Shown piece after piece: positions 40,071 through 48,651 of a stretch of DNA of 64,000 nt. The DNA is from an uncultured Chthonomonadaceae bacterium (lineage in GTDB: Bacteria > Armatimonadota > Chthonomonadetes > Chthonomonadales > Chthonomonadaceae). A model generated the notes under the pieces. The model saw nothing but the letters and a program-made list of their open reading frames with translations. It was not told the origin of the DNA and did no database searches. The stretch spans positions 448,001-512,000 of the forward strand of contig CAWIEK010000049.1 of the NCBI GenBank assembly GCA_963835065.1, in the 5' to 3' direction. A program made the translations under genes and the position numbers. The stretch's first letter is position 1. Each line of letters starts with the position of its first letter.

Positions 40071-40808
40071 CTACGCGCTTTCGAGCGTAAAGAACGCGAC
40101 TTCGGGCGGGCAGAGGAAGCGGAACGGCACATCCGCGTTGCCGATGCCGCGATTGACGTACAGTTGCGCTTTGCCCGTTGTGTACCAGCCTGCGCGGTAG
40201 TGTTTGGCTTTGATCCACTTCAGGGCGCGGGCGGTGAGGATGGGAACGCGCACCTGCCCGCCGTGCGTGTGGCCGGAAAACACGATGCACTCGCGGTCTG
40301 CCACAAGGTCGGCCTCGCCGGGGTTATGGGCAAGAACCAGAACCGGCGCATCGGGAGGCACGTCGGCAAACGCGGCGTTGACATCCGGCGTTCCGTACCA
40401 GTCTTCATCCAGTCCGACAAGCCACAGGCCGTTGGCAAGGCGGTGATTGCGGTTGCACAGGTATACGATGCCGAGGGCTTCCAATGCCTGCCGTATCCGC
40501 TCCAACCCGGCTTTTACATCATGGTTGCCCGGCACGGCATACACGCCCAGGGGCGCGATACCGGGCTGCATCAGGGGCGCAAGCATTTCCATGCAGGGCG
40601 CAATGTCGGCGGGATCGTCGTTGACAAAATCGCCCGTCAGCACAATCAAGTCAGGCCTCTCGCGGCGCGCGCAGGCAACGGCCTCGCGTATCACGGCGTC
40701 GGAAGTCAGGCGGCTGCGGTGAAAGTCCGACAATTGCGCCACGCGCAGGCCGTTCAATGCGGGTGGCAGATGCGGCATAACAACCCGATGGCGCGTCGTC
40801 TGCATCAC
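40071..40808 (-). CDS. Metallophosphoesterase (YkuE/YaeI-like)
   Basis: LSDFH, TGDFV, GNHD, AHNP, SGHTHGGQ motifs. Confidence 0.92.
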   Translation of the reverse strand: MMQTTRHRVVMPHLPPALNGLRVAQLSDFHRSRLTSDAVIREAVACARRERPDLIVLTGDFVNDDPADIAPCMEMLAPLMQPGIAPLGVYAVPGNHDVKAGLERIRQALEALGIVYLCNRNHRLANGLWLVGLDEDWYGTPDVNAAFADVPPDAPVLVLAHNPGEADLVADRECIVFSGHTHGGQVRVPILTARALKWIKAKHYRAGWYTTGKAQLYVNRGIGNADVPFRFLCPPEVAFFTLESA

Positions 40809-43537
40809 GGCGTAGGGCGGCCCTGTGTTGAAGTTCCCGAGTGGCGCATTCTTTGCGGCGGGTTCATTTGCGTTGGGCTGCTTTGCATTAGAGTTTTCCG
40901 GCGCCGCATTGTCCTGCCCTGCCGCTTTTTGCGCCGCTTCCGCGTCCGCTTGCTGCTCCTGATGGAAGGTCGTCTGCTCTGCCTGCCACCTGCGCGCGGG
41001 CTGCGTTTTCGGTCCCGCCCTGCTGCTGTAAAGCCTTTTGCCATTCCGTTAGAACCTGATCGTACAGCGTGGTCAACCCGGCTGCTTTTTCGGGATTTTG
41101 CGCGCGCTGTAATTGGTAAATCTCGTAGCCGCGATGCTGCCAGTAAGCGCGAAGCAATCCGGCGGCTTTCTCGAACTGCGCCGCCGCTTCCTTTGCCTGC
41201 TGCCGCTCCAACAGCCATTTGCCAAGCCGCGCATGGGCAAAAGCGAACTCGGTTTCCGTCGCTTCCGGCATTGCGCGTACCGTACCGACAGGTGTTGCTT
41301 CCAGGCCGGCCATCTCCTGATAGGTTTGCGCAGACTGCGCCGCATTTCCCGATAAAGCCTGCGTTTCAGCCAGCGCGCGCAGGGTTTGCAGGTTATGCGG
41401 ATCATATATCGCGGGCGTTTTGCAGGGCGTCCAGAGCCGGCTTGTACGCAGTCGCGGCTCCTCCCTGCAAAACGCCGCTCAGGGCAAGCGGAGCATCGTT
41501 ACCGGAACTGTTTGCGCCTCCCAAAGCCTGCCGAATAGCCTGTCGCTTGTAAAACTGCCCTAACTGGTAGTACGCTTTGCCGGAGGGCGCAATTCGCGTT
41601 GCCTGCTCCAGCGCCATTCTCGCTTTATCCGGTTCTCCCATCATCTGGTATAGGCTGCTTGCTTTCGCCAGCGGTTCCGACGTAAACGGGTCTATATTCG
41701 CCGCAGACTGATAACTGTGCAGGGCGTTTTGCAGGCTGTCCCGCGCTCCCGCCGCGCCCTGCGCCTGCTGCTCCTGAAACTCGGCTACCGACAGCATGGC
41801 CTGCGCCGCCTGCAACCGCGATAGATAGGTCACGCCCCCGCGCCATGCCAGCAGCAGCGCGACAACGCCACACGCCGCCAACATTCCCTTCGACAAGGGA
41901 CGGGGCTTTTGCGTTGCAAGCGGGGCAATGTCCCGCGCCTGCGCCGTCAGAAGCCCGACAACCGCGCTCAGGGTCAGGGCGGTTGCCAGAATGTACCAGT
42001 CCGAATCGAACAGACTGTGCAGGATGGAACACACTATCGCCGCCAGCAATCCGGCTAATAGCAGGCGAGGCTCTTCAAACAATTGCCGATTGCCGATTGC
42101 CGATTTTCGATTTTCGATTTTCGATTTTCGATTTTCGATTTGGGCAGATGGCGTTGTGTTTTCCGGTAATTCTATATCGTTGATGTAGAGGTCGTTGGTG
42201 GCGGGATGCGCTTGTGACGTTGGGGCGTTTTTGGCGTTTGCGCGTGATTTGCCGGGAGTGTTTAGAAACAGGACGTAGACGGCGAAGGCGGACGAGGCGG
42301 CGAAAACAACGAGCAGGCACAGCGCGCCGGGTACGCCGGTTTCCGCCGTCCATTGCAAAAAGCTGTTGTGGGCATGGGCGGTGGGGGCGGCAACAGCGTA
42401 GCGCGGGTAGGCGGTTTCGTAGCTGCCGATGCCGGTTCCCGTCAGCGGGTTGGCGCGCGCCATGCCCAATGTCGCCGTCCATGTCACCTGCCGGAACTTG
42501 CCGGAATGGGCCTGCGTGTCCGCCGCTTCTCCGACACTGGCAACAGCAGCCGTCGCGCTGCCCGTCGCCTGCTTGCCCGTATTCGTCAGGCGAATCAGCA
42601 GGGGCGTAGACGCCAGCAGCGCGGACAGCAGCATCACGCCCAATCCGGCAAGCAACTGTCGGCCTCGCCCTCGCACAACGCCCACGCGCAGCAGCAACAG
42701 CAGCCATCCCACTACAACCACAAACAGCATTGCCACGCCCGCCCGCGAACCCGTCAGCAACAGGCACGCGGTTTGCAGCACAAGCCCCAAACCAACTAGC
42801 AGCTTGGCTTTACTTTCGCGGGCGGACACGAAGCACGACAGCGTTAAAGGCAAGGTCAGCAGCAGATACCCGGCAAGAAAGTCGGGGTTGAGAAACGTGC
42901 CGAACACGCGATGCGCGGAATTGCCCTGCTTCCACTGATCCAGATACTCGTGAATGCCCCACGCGCCCGCCAGACTTCCCGCCGCTATAATCACGAGAAG
43001 CAATGTAATTAGCGCGTTATGGTCACGGCCCAACCGTGACGCCAGCCCGCCGACTGTCAGCGCGGCCAGCAGCATGGCCCACGTATCCAGACGCGCCGCA
43101 TTGAGGGGCGGATGCGCGAACATGGAAACTGCTGCCCAAATTGTCAGCACACATGCGCCTCCCGCCAAGCCTCCTACCGCGCCAATCGCAACCGGGCGGT
43201 GCCACTCGCGGGCTATCGTCACGCCCAACGCCAGCGCGGCCACAACGCTGAGTATGGGTACGCTCATTATTTGCAGCCAACTAATCACATCTGCGGGCGG
43301 AACGGAGTTCAACGACGTAGACGCAAACACGCCCGCCATCAAGGGAGCCAGCAACAGCGCAAAGGCGACCAGGTACAACGCGATTTTATCCAGCGACGAC
43401 AGAGCGCGCGCATCTCGTTCCTGCGCCGTTTCAGACACGGATTCAGGCGCAGGCTTCACATTCCCTACAGGGCTATCCTCAAGGCCATCTTCATCAGCAG
43501 AAATATCAACAAGTCGCAAAGGCGGTGGTTCGGTCAC
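40805..43537 (-). CDS. O-antigen ligase (Wzy_C)-family membrane protein with TPR C-terminus (indels near 41000 and 41400)
   Basis: RVFGTFLNPDFLAGYL, TGSRAG, NPLTGTGIGSY, HAHNSFLQWTAETG; TPR-like helices; GTGA overlaps at both ends. Confidence 0.85.
42081..42143. repeat. In-frame heptamer array (RATTGCC)3(GATTTTC)5GATTTGG
   Basis: 9 x 7 = 63 bp; translated as QIENRKSKIENRKSAIGNRQL. Confidence 0.9.
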
Positions 43538-44820
43538 GAAGCGTCTCCGGGGCGGCGCAAACCGGAAGCCTCCGGGGGCGCAGTCGCCGCGTTGGTTATA
43601 GTTGAGTCAGGTACAGGCGAGCCGGTTATGGCTGCGTTGGTCAGGGCTGCATTAGTTAGGGCTGCATTAGTTAGGGTTGCATTAGTTACGGATGCATTAG
43701 TTAAGGTTGGAATGTGTGGCACGGCTGATAAATTCGGCAGCGCGGAAACTTTTGGCTCAACGGGCGCAGATCTTTTTTTACGCCACGCCGCCAGTTTGCG
43801 CTGCCAGTAACGGACGCGCCAGCGCAATATCTGCCCGACTGCCCGCAGCGCGATACCCGGCAAAATCAAAGGCCGCAGCAAAAAGGACGTTTGCGCCCGA
43901 TAGTGCTTTTTATAAAACAAATACTGGCTGCGATGAAATTCATACGTCATGCGCGTCGGAGCCTGATCGCTGCTTTTGCCGATGTAATGGTAGATGATGG
44001 CGTCGGGCAGGTAGGTAACGCGCCAGGTAAGGGAACAGGGAACAGGGAACAGGGAACAGGAGTCTTTAGTTGATAGTTGATAGTTGATAGTTGATAGGAC
44101 ATCCGCTCCTTCTGTCTTCTCTTCTGTTCCCTGTTCCCTGTTCCCTGTAACCTGTAACCTGTAACCTGTTCCCTTTTCCCTCACCGAAACGTGATTGGCC
44201 CGCCAGCACAAATCTACATCCTCGCAGTACATATAATAATCTTCATCGAAGCCGCCGATCTGGTCGAGGCAGGCGCGGCGGATCATCAGGGCGGCCCCGG
44301 ATACCCAATCCACATCACGGGGCGTGGCGTGGTCCCAGTTTTTCATCAGGTAGTCGGCGGCATGGCGGTTTTTGGGCAATAGTCGTCCGAGCGGCGTGTT
44401 GTGCAGAAAGCCGGTGGCAAGATTGGGATACTGACGGCACGAGTATTGCAGGCTGCCATCCGCATTGAGCAGTTTGGGGCCGAGAATACCCACATCGGGG
44501 TTGGCGTCGGCGTAATCCACGAGGCTTTTTAACGCGCCCTCCGTCACCTGCGTATCCGAGTTCAGGAACAAAACGTAACGCCCCGCAGAAGTGGGAATGC
44601 CGACATTGTTGCCCGCGCCGAAGCCCAGGTTCATCGGGTTGGCAATCAATTTTACCTGTGGAAACTCGCGCCGTACCATATCGCGGCTGTCGTCACTGCT
44701 GGCGTTGTCCACGACAATCACTTCCACATCCAGGCCGTTGTGCGGACGTGTCAGGGTTTGCAGGCACTCCTGCAGCAGTTTGCGGGTATTCCAGTTTAGA
44801 ATGATAACGGATAAATCCAC
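43534..44820 (-). CDS. GT2 glycosyltransferase (WbbL/RfbF-like) with a repeat-derived insert and pentapeptide tail
   Basis: SVIILNWN, VVDNASSD, FLNSD, DWVSGAALM, GGFDEDYYMYCEDVDLC. Confidence 0.92.
   Translation of the reverse strand: MDLSVIILNWNTRKLLQECLQTLTRPHNGLDVEVIVVDNASSDDSRDMVRREFPQVKLIANPMNLGFGAGNNVGIPTSAGRYVLFLNSDTQVTEGALKSLVDYADANPDVGILGPKLLNADGSLQYSCRQYPNLATGFLHNTPLGRLLPKNRHAADYLMKNWDHATPRDVDWVSGAALMIRRACLDQIGGFDEDYYMYCEDVDLCWRANHVSVREKGTGYRLQVTGNREQGTEEKTEGADVLSTINYQLSTKDSCSLFPVPCSLTWRVTYLPDAIIYHYIGKSSDQAPTRMTYEFHRSQYLFYKKHYRAQTSFLLRPLILPGIALRAVGQILRWRVRYWQRKLAAWRKKRSAPVEPKVSALPNLSAVPHIPTLTNASVTNATLTNAALTNAALTNAAITGSPVPDSTITNAATAPPEASGLRRPGDAS
44030..44181. repeat. Nested in-frame heptamer element (AGGGAAC)4-(AGTTGAT)4-(CTGTTCC/CTGTAAC)7
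   Basis: Inverted arms with a second array type inside; lies within the GT2 reading frame. Confidence 0.92.
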
Positions 44821-44854
44821 GTTGTTACGCTTTCTGCGCTTCCAAAACGATTTC

Positions 44855-45493
44855 CTACCGAACTTCCGGCGTCACCACAACCTTGTTGTTATCAATTGCG
44901 TCCAAAATTTGCTCCAGCGCATGACACAGCCGCCGAAATGAGCGGGAATTCGCGCGGGCTTCTGTCGTGTTTATCAGCCGCGTCAAATGGGCTTGATCTA
45001 TCGTCGGCGAGTAGTCGAATACCGGCCGGAGGCTGTTGATCAAGCCATGCTTTTACGCCGCGTCTGCTTTCCACATTGCCTGAGTACGCAAGATTGGCAG
45101 GCATCGTGTAACGCCCGCCTACATCTTGTCCCTGCAAGGCTGTCATGCTTGCGAGAAACCACGCCTCATACTCGCAAGCCGCAATGACTACAGCCACCGG
45201 CTGCCGCAAGCCATGCGCTTGAACGCGGCTGCAAAGGTCTTTGCGCCAACGTCATCGCGCACGCATCATCGGCATCCAGCAGTATCAAACGGCGGCACAA
45301 TCCGGTTCTCGGTATGCTGCGTTCAGGAACTTCTCCACGCCGCTGGCGGCTAACAAATTACTACTCCCTTCGCTACAAGAGGAGTAGCAACAAAGAGGTC
45401 GTAGCTGCCTAATTCGCGCAGTATCTTATAGCAAAGCGCAGGCACAGCCTTCTTTTCGCCTTCCCCTTCCACAACAGGCACGATTTTAGGCAT
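44855..45493 (-). CDS. DUF4276-family (TOPRIM/RloB-like) protein, multiple indels
   Basis: MPKIVPVVEGEGEKKAVP, VVIAACEYEAWFLAS and YSPTIDQ...SRSFRRL in different frames. Confidence 0.75.
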
Positions 45494-46711
45494 TGCTTGC
45501 GCTCACCGGTTCAGCAGGGCAGGCTGCGCAACCCTTCAATTCGCAGCAAATCCCCTGTTGTAAACAGGTGATCGTTGATAATCCTTCGCTGCACCTCATC
45601 TACGGCCCGATCAGTGCGTTAAGCCATCCTCGCATTTCCACAACCCGCAAAGTGCTCTACATCGAACTCAGAAATGAAATCCGGGCTTTGCGTGGTAACA
45701 ATGATTTGAGATTCTGCCGGCGGCTTCTTTGACAACATCTGCCACAATGGCATTGAGTTGGGGCCGGATGCAAACCTATTTCAGGTTCTTCAACGGCAAT
45801 CAAGGAGAACGTTGCGGGGAGCAAGTAAGCTCTGGTAAAGAGCGGTTAATACGGCTAACAACCGAATGGTTCCAGTCTGATTCCTGAGCCAGTTCAAACA
45901 CGAGGGGCCATCTTCCAGTAATGCACGCGACATATGCTGCAATTGTATTGTACAGATAGCTTCCAATCGAATTCGTATACGAATCTTCTCTACATCGTCT
46001 AATGCTGACTTTCAAAGCGCGCGTGTCACTATCAGGTAACGATCCTGTTCACCGACATTTGCTGCAATGTAGAAGCGAGATTGGTTCCGTCTTCAAACAG
46101 TAGGAAAAAAGTGCAATTTCTTCTGCGGACGCGGGAAAACATCCAGGGATGAACGCTGTAAAAATAGTAGGCTTTCAAGAAATGTTGTCACATAAATAGC
46201 AACATCCATTATCGGCACAAGCAGGTGGCAACAGCAATTGACTGACATCGAAATTGATACGTCGGAAGACGAAATGAGCGGCCAATGGAAAGTAGCGGCT
46301 GGAAGGCGAACTTTCCATTTTTCGCCTTCGATTTCAAAACAGTGTTTGGCAGAGGCTTCGCTTGATCCCTGCCGCAAGAATTCATTTGTACACGGCATAA
46401 GTACTGTCATCGGTTCAGAAGAAATTGCAAAGCCGTATTCTGCGCAAAGTGCTTCCGCTTCGATATGGAGAACTAGAAGGATCATGCGCACAAGACCATC
46501 AGGCTTTCCAACGCACGAATTCTCCCAAGCCCCTCGCTTGACGTACCGCTTCCTCAACATTGCTTCGCAAAGCATCCCGCACAAAACGCAAAGCGTCTAT
46601 GAACGCGCTTTTACCCGCGCCATTGCGCCCGACCAAGACCGTCAGCGGGCCAAGCGTGACATCCACATCGGCCAGACTGCGAAAATTTTTCACACGAACG
46701 CGCGTAATCAC
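45486..46711 (-). CDS. AAA_15/AAA_21 (OLD/AbiEii-like) ABC ATPase, multiple indels
   Basis: ITRVRVKNFRSL...LTVLVGRNGAGKS Walker A; later fragments ESDG, AVEEPEIGLHP and IIVTTQSP; 8-nt overlap with the DUF4276 start. Confidence 0.78.
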
Positions 46712-46728
46712 GAAACACCTTCCTTTAG

Positions 46729-46823
46729 AAGTGATGAACAATGAGTGATGAATAGAATTCTGCTTCATCATTCGTCATACGCCGCTTGCTTATTCATCAT
46801 TCATCACTCATTGTTCATCACTT
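46729..46823. repeat. Inverted heptamer-type element (GATGAAY/ATTCATC)
   Basis: 25-bp perfect inverted repeat AAGTGATGAACAATGAGTGATGAAT; the right arm encodes the GT2 C-terminus and stop codon. Confidence 0.88.
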
Positions 46824-47727
46824 GCTTGTGTCTTTTCCGCGCTTGCAGCCAGGCGTGGGGCCAGGATGCGGCGGCGATGAGCAGGCGCAGGGGCCAGAAC
46901 CAGACAGCGCGGTAGTGCTTGGCGTAGAAGCGCAAAAGCCCACGCCGCGACTCCCAGGCCATTGCGCTGCCGACTTGGACGGTACTCGCGCCGCCATAGT
47001 GGATAATCTCGACTTCGGGCGTGAACCAGATTTTCCAGCCCGCCCGCTTGCAGCGCAGGCACCAGTCCACTTCGTTGAAGAAAATCGGGAAGGCCAAATC
47101 CATCAGGCCGACTTCTTCTATGGTTTGACGGCGCAGCAGCAGAAAAGTGCCCATCGGCTGATCCACTTCCGCTGTATGCGCGTAATCGAACCACGTCATA
47201 CGGTACGCGCCGAACACGCGGCTGCCTGGCAGCAGGCGGCTCAGGCCAAGCAGTTCCCATAGTACCGCCATAGGAGTCGGAAACCCGCGCACCGATTTTT
47301 GCAGGCTGCCGTCCGGGTGTACTTGCCGAACGCCCAACGCGCCCGCGTCAGGATGTTGTTCCATAAACGCGACGGCTTTTTCCAGCCCGCCGGGCGGCAA
47401 AATCACGTCTGGGTTCAATAACAGATTATACGCAGAACGCGCGCGTTGCAACGCCTGATTATTGCCTTCCGCGTAACCGGTATTGTCCTCATTGGCGATA
47501 AGCCGCGCCTGTGGAAACCGTTCCCGAACCGCCGCCGCGCTGCCATCATGCGAATTATTGTCAACGACAATCACTTCAAACCCAAAATTAGGCGGCGTGT
47601 CGTAAATACTGGCAAGCGCGCCGAGCAGCAAATCCCGCGTGTTCCAGTTGACGATGCAAATGGAGAGGAGGGTGTTCGGGTATTCGGTATTCAGGTGTTC
47701 AGGTATTCGGGTATTCAGGTTATCCAT
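46804..47727 (-). CDS. GT2 glycosyltransferase (WbbL/RfbF-like)
   Basis: SICIVNWN, VVDNNSHDGS, LLNPD, VDQPMGTFLL, FPIFFNEVDWC. Confidence 0.92.
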   Translation of the reverse strand: MDNLNTRIPEHLNTEYPNTLLSICIVNWNTRDLLLGALASIYDTPPNFGFEVIVVDNNSHDGSAAAVRERFPQARLIANEDNTGYAEGNNQALQRARSAYNLLLNPDVILPPGGLEKAVAFMEQHPDAGALGVRQVHPDGSLQKSVRGFPTPMAVLWELLGLSRLLPGSRVFGAYRMTWFDYAHTAEVDQPMGTFLLLRRQTIEEVGLMDLAFPIFFNEVDWCLRCKRAGWKIWFTPEVEIIHYGGASTVQVGSAMAWESRRGLLRFYAKHYRAVWFWPLRLLIAAASWPHAWLQARKRHKQVMNNE

Positions 47728-47820
47728 ATGCCTATTCCGCGTTCGCTGCCCAACGGTAAAACGTCATGCAAGTTACGCCTCTGCCTGAACACCTGAATAC
47801 CCGAATACCTGAACACCTGA
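47670..47820. repeat. Inverted octamer element straddling the HAD/GT2 junction
   Basis: (RGGTRTTC)6 at 47670-47720 and (CCYGAAYA)4 at 47784-47820. Confidence 0.9.
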
Positions 47821-48516
47821 CCACAGTTCGCCCACATCTTTGAGCAGAACATCGGGTGGGCAGGCGGCAAAGGCTTCGGGCTGCTGCTTGCGCAAGAAGC
47901 CCATTGTATGCATTTTAGCCGCGCGTCCGGCCTGTATATCCATAACGTGATCGCCCGCCATCAGGCAGTTTTGCGCCTGCAGGCGGCGTTCGGGAAACTT
48001 GGTTTGCAGGACGCGCAGGGCATCCATCAGATGGCCGGGGTGCGGCTTCACCTGTTCCACGTCCTCGCGGGACAGCAAAACGTCGCACTGCAAATCGCCT
48101 TCCACGAGCAGGCGGTCTGAAACCATGCGGCAATTGCGGGTAACGATGCCAATGGGAACACTCCGCCGGTTCAGGTAAGAAAGCAATTTGGATGCGCCGG
48201 ACAGTAAAACAGGATCGGCGCACTGCGCGGCCTCCTGCGCGGCCAGCATCGCAAACGCCGCGTCATGAAAGTTTTTGTGCGCCCCGCTCATCGTGATGCT
48301 TTGCAAAATCGCCGTGACGCGCTCCACAATCGAAAGAATGTCCATATCGCGCATATAATCTGTTTCTACGCCCCACTCCACGCCCAATGCCAGAGTCTTC
48401 TGCTTCATCTCAACAAAGTCAATATGCGTTTCAATCAGCGTGTTATCCAGATCAAACAAAACCGCGTCGCTTTGCAGCAGCAGGCGAACCGCCTTTTCAA
48501 TCATTTCGATGTGCAT
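47773..48516 (-). CDS. HAD-family hydrolase (phosphoglycolate phosphatase-like)
   Basis: VLFDLDNTL, GIVTRN, KPHP, AGDHVMDIQAG. Confidence 0.88.
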   Translation of the reverse strand: MHIEMIEKAVRLLLQSDAVLFDLDNTLIETHIDFVEMKQKTLALGVEWGVETDYMRDMDILSIVERVTAILQSITMSGAHKNFHDAAFAMLAAQEAAQCADPVLLSGASKLLSYLNRRSVPIGIVTRNCRMVSDRLLVEGDLQCDVLLSREDVEQVKPHPGHLMDALRVLQTKFPERRLQAQNCLMAGDHVMDIQAGRAAKMHTMGFLRKQQPEAFAACPPDVLLKDVGELWSGVQVFGYSGVQAEA

Positions 48517-48544
48517 TACTCCTTAATATTTTGCCTTCCGGTTT

Positions 48545-48645
48545 TTCGTTTTGGTTCGCGTATTTCGCGGTTCCTCTCTCCTTTTCTCCTTCTCTTCTTT
48601 TCTTTTCCTCTGTGCCCCCTCTGTGTCTCTGTGCCTCTGTGGTGA
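48545..48645. repeat. Tandem arrays TTCGCGTAT-type and (CTCTGTGY)n
   Basis: TTCGCGTATTTCGCGGTTC (also at ~20930) and CTCTGTGTCTCTGTGCCTCTGTGGTG. Confidence 0.7.
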
Positions 48646-48651
48646 AGGTTC

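Noticed and set aside
40068..41552. Long antisense ORFs (e.g. 40068-41552 +, 12467-13414 -, 13707-14957 -, 16592-17797 -, 60824-62263 -)
   Set aside because: Shadow frames opposite well-supported genes in GC-rich DNA; no motifs.
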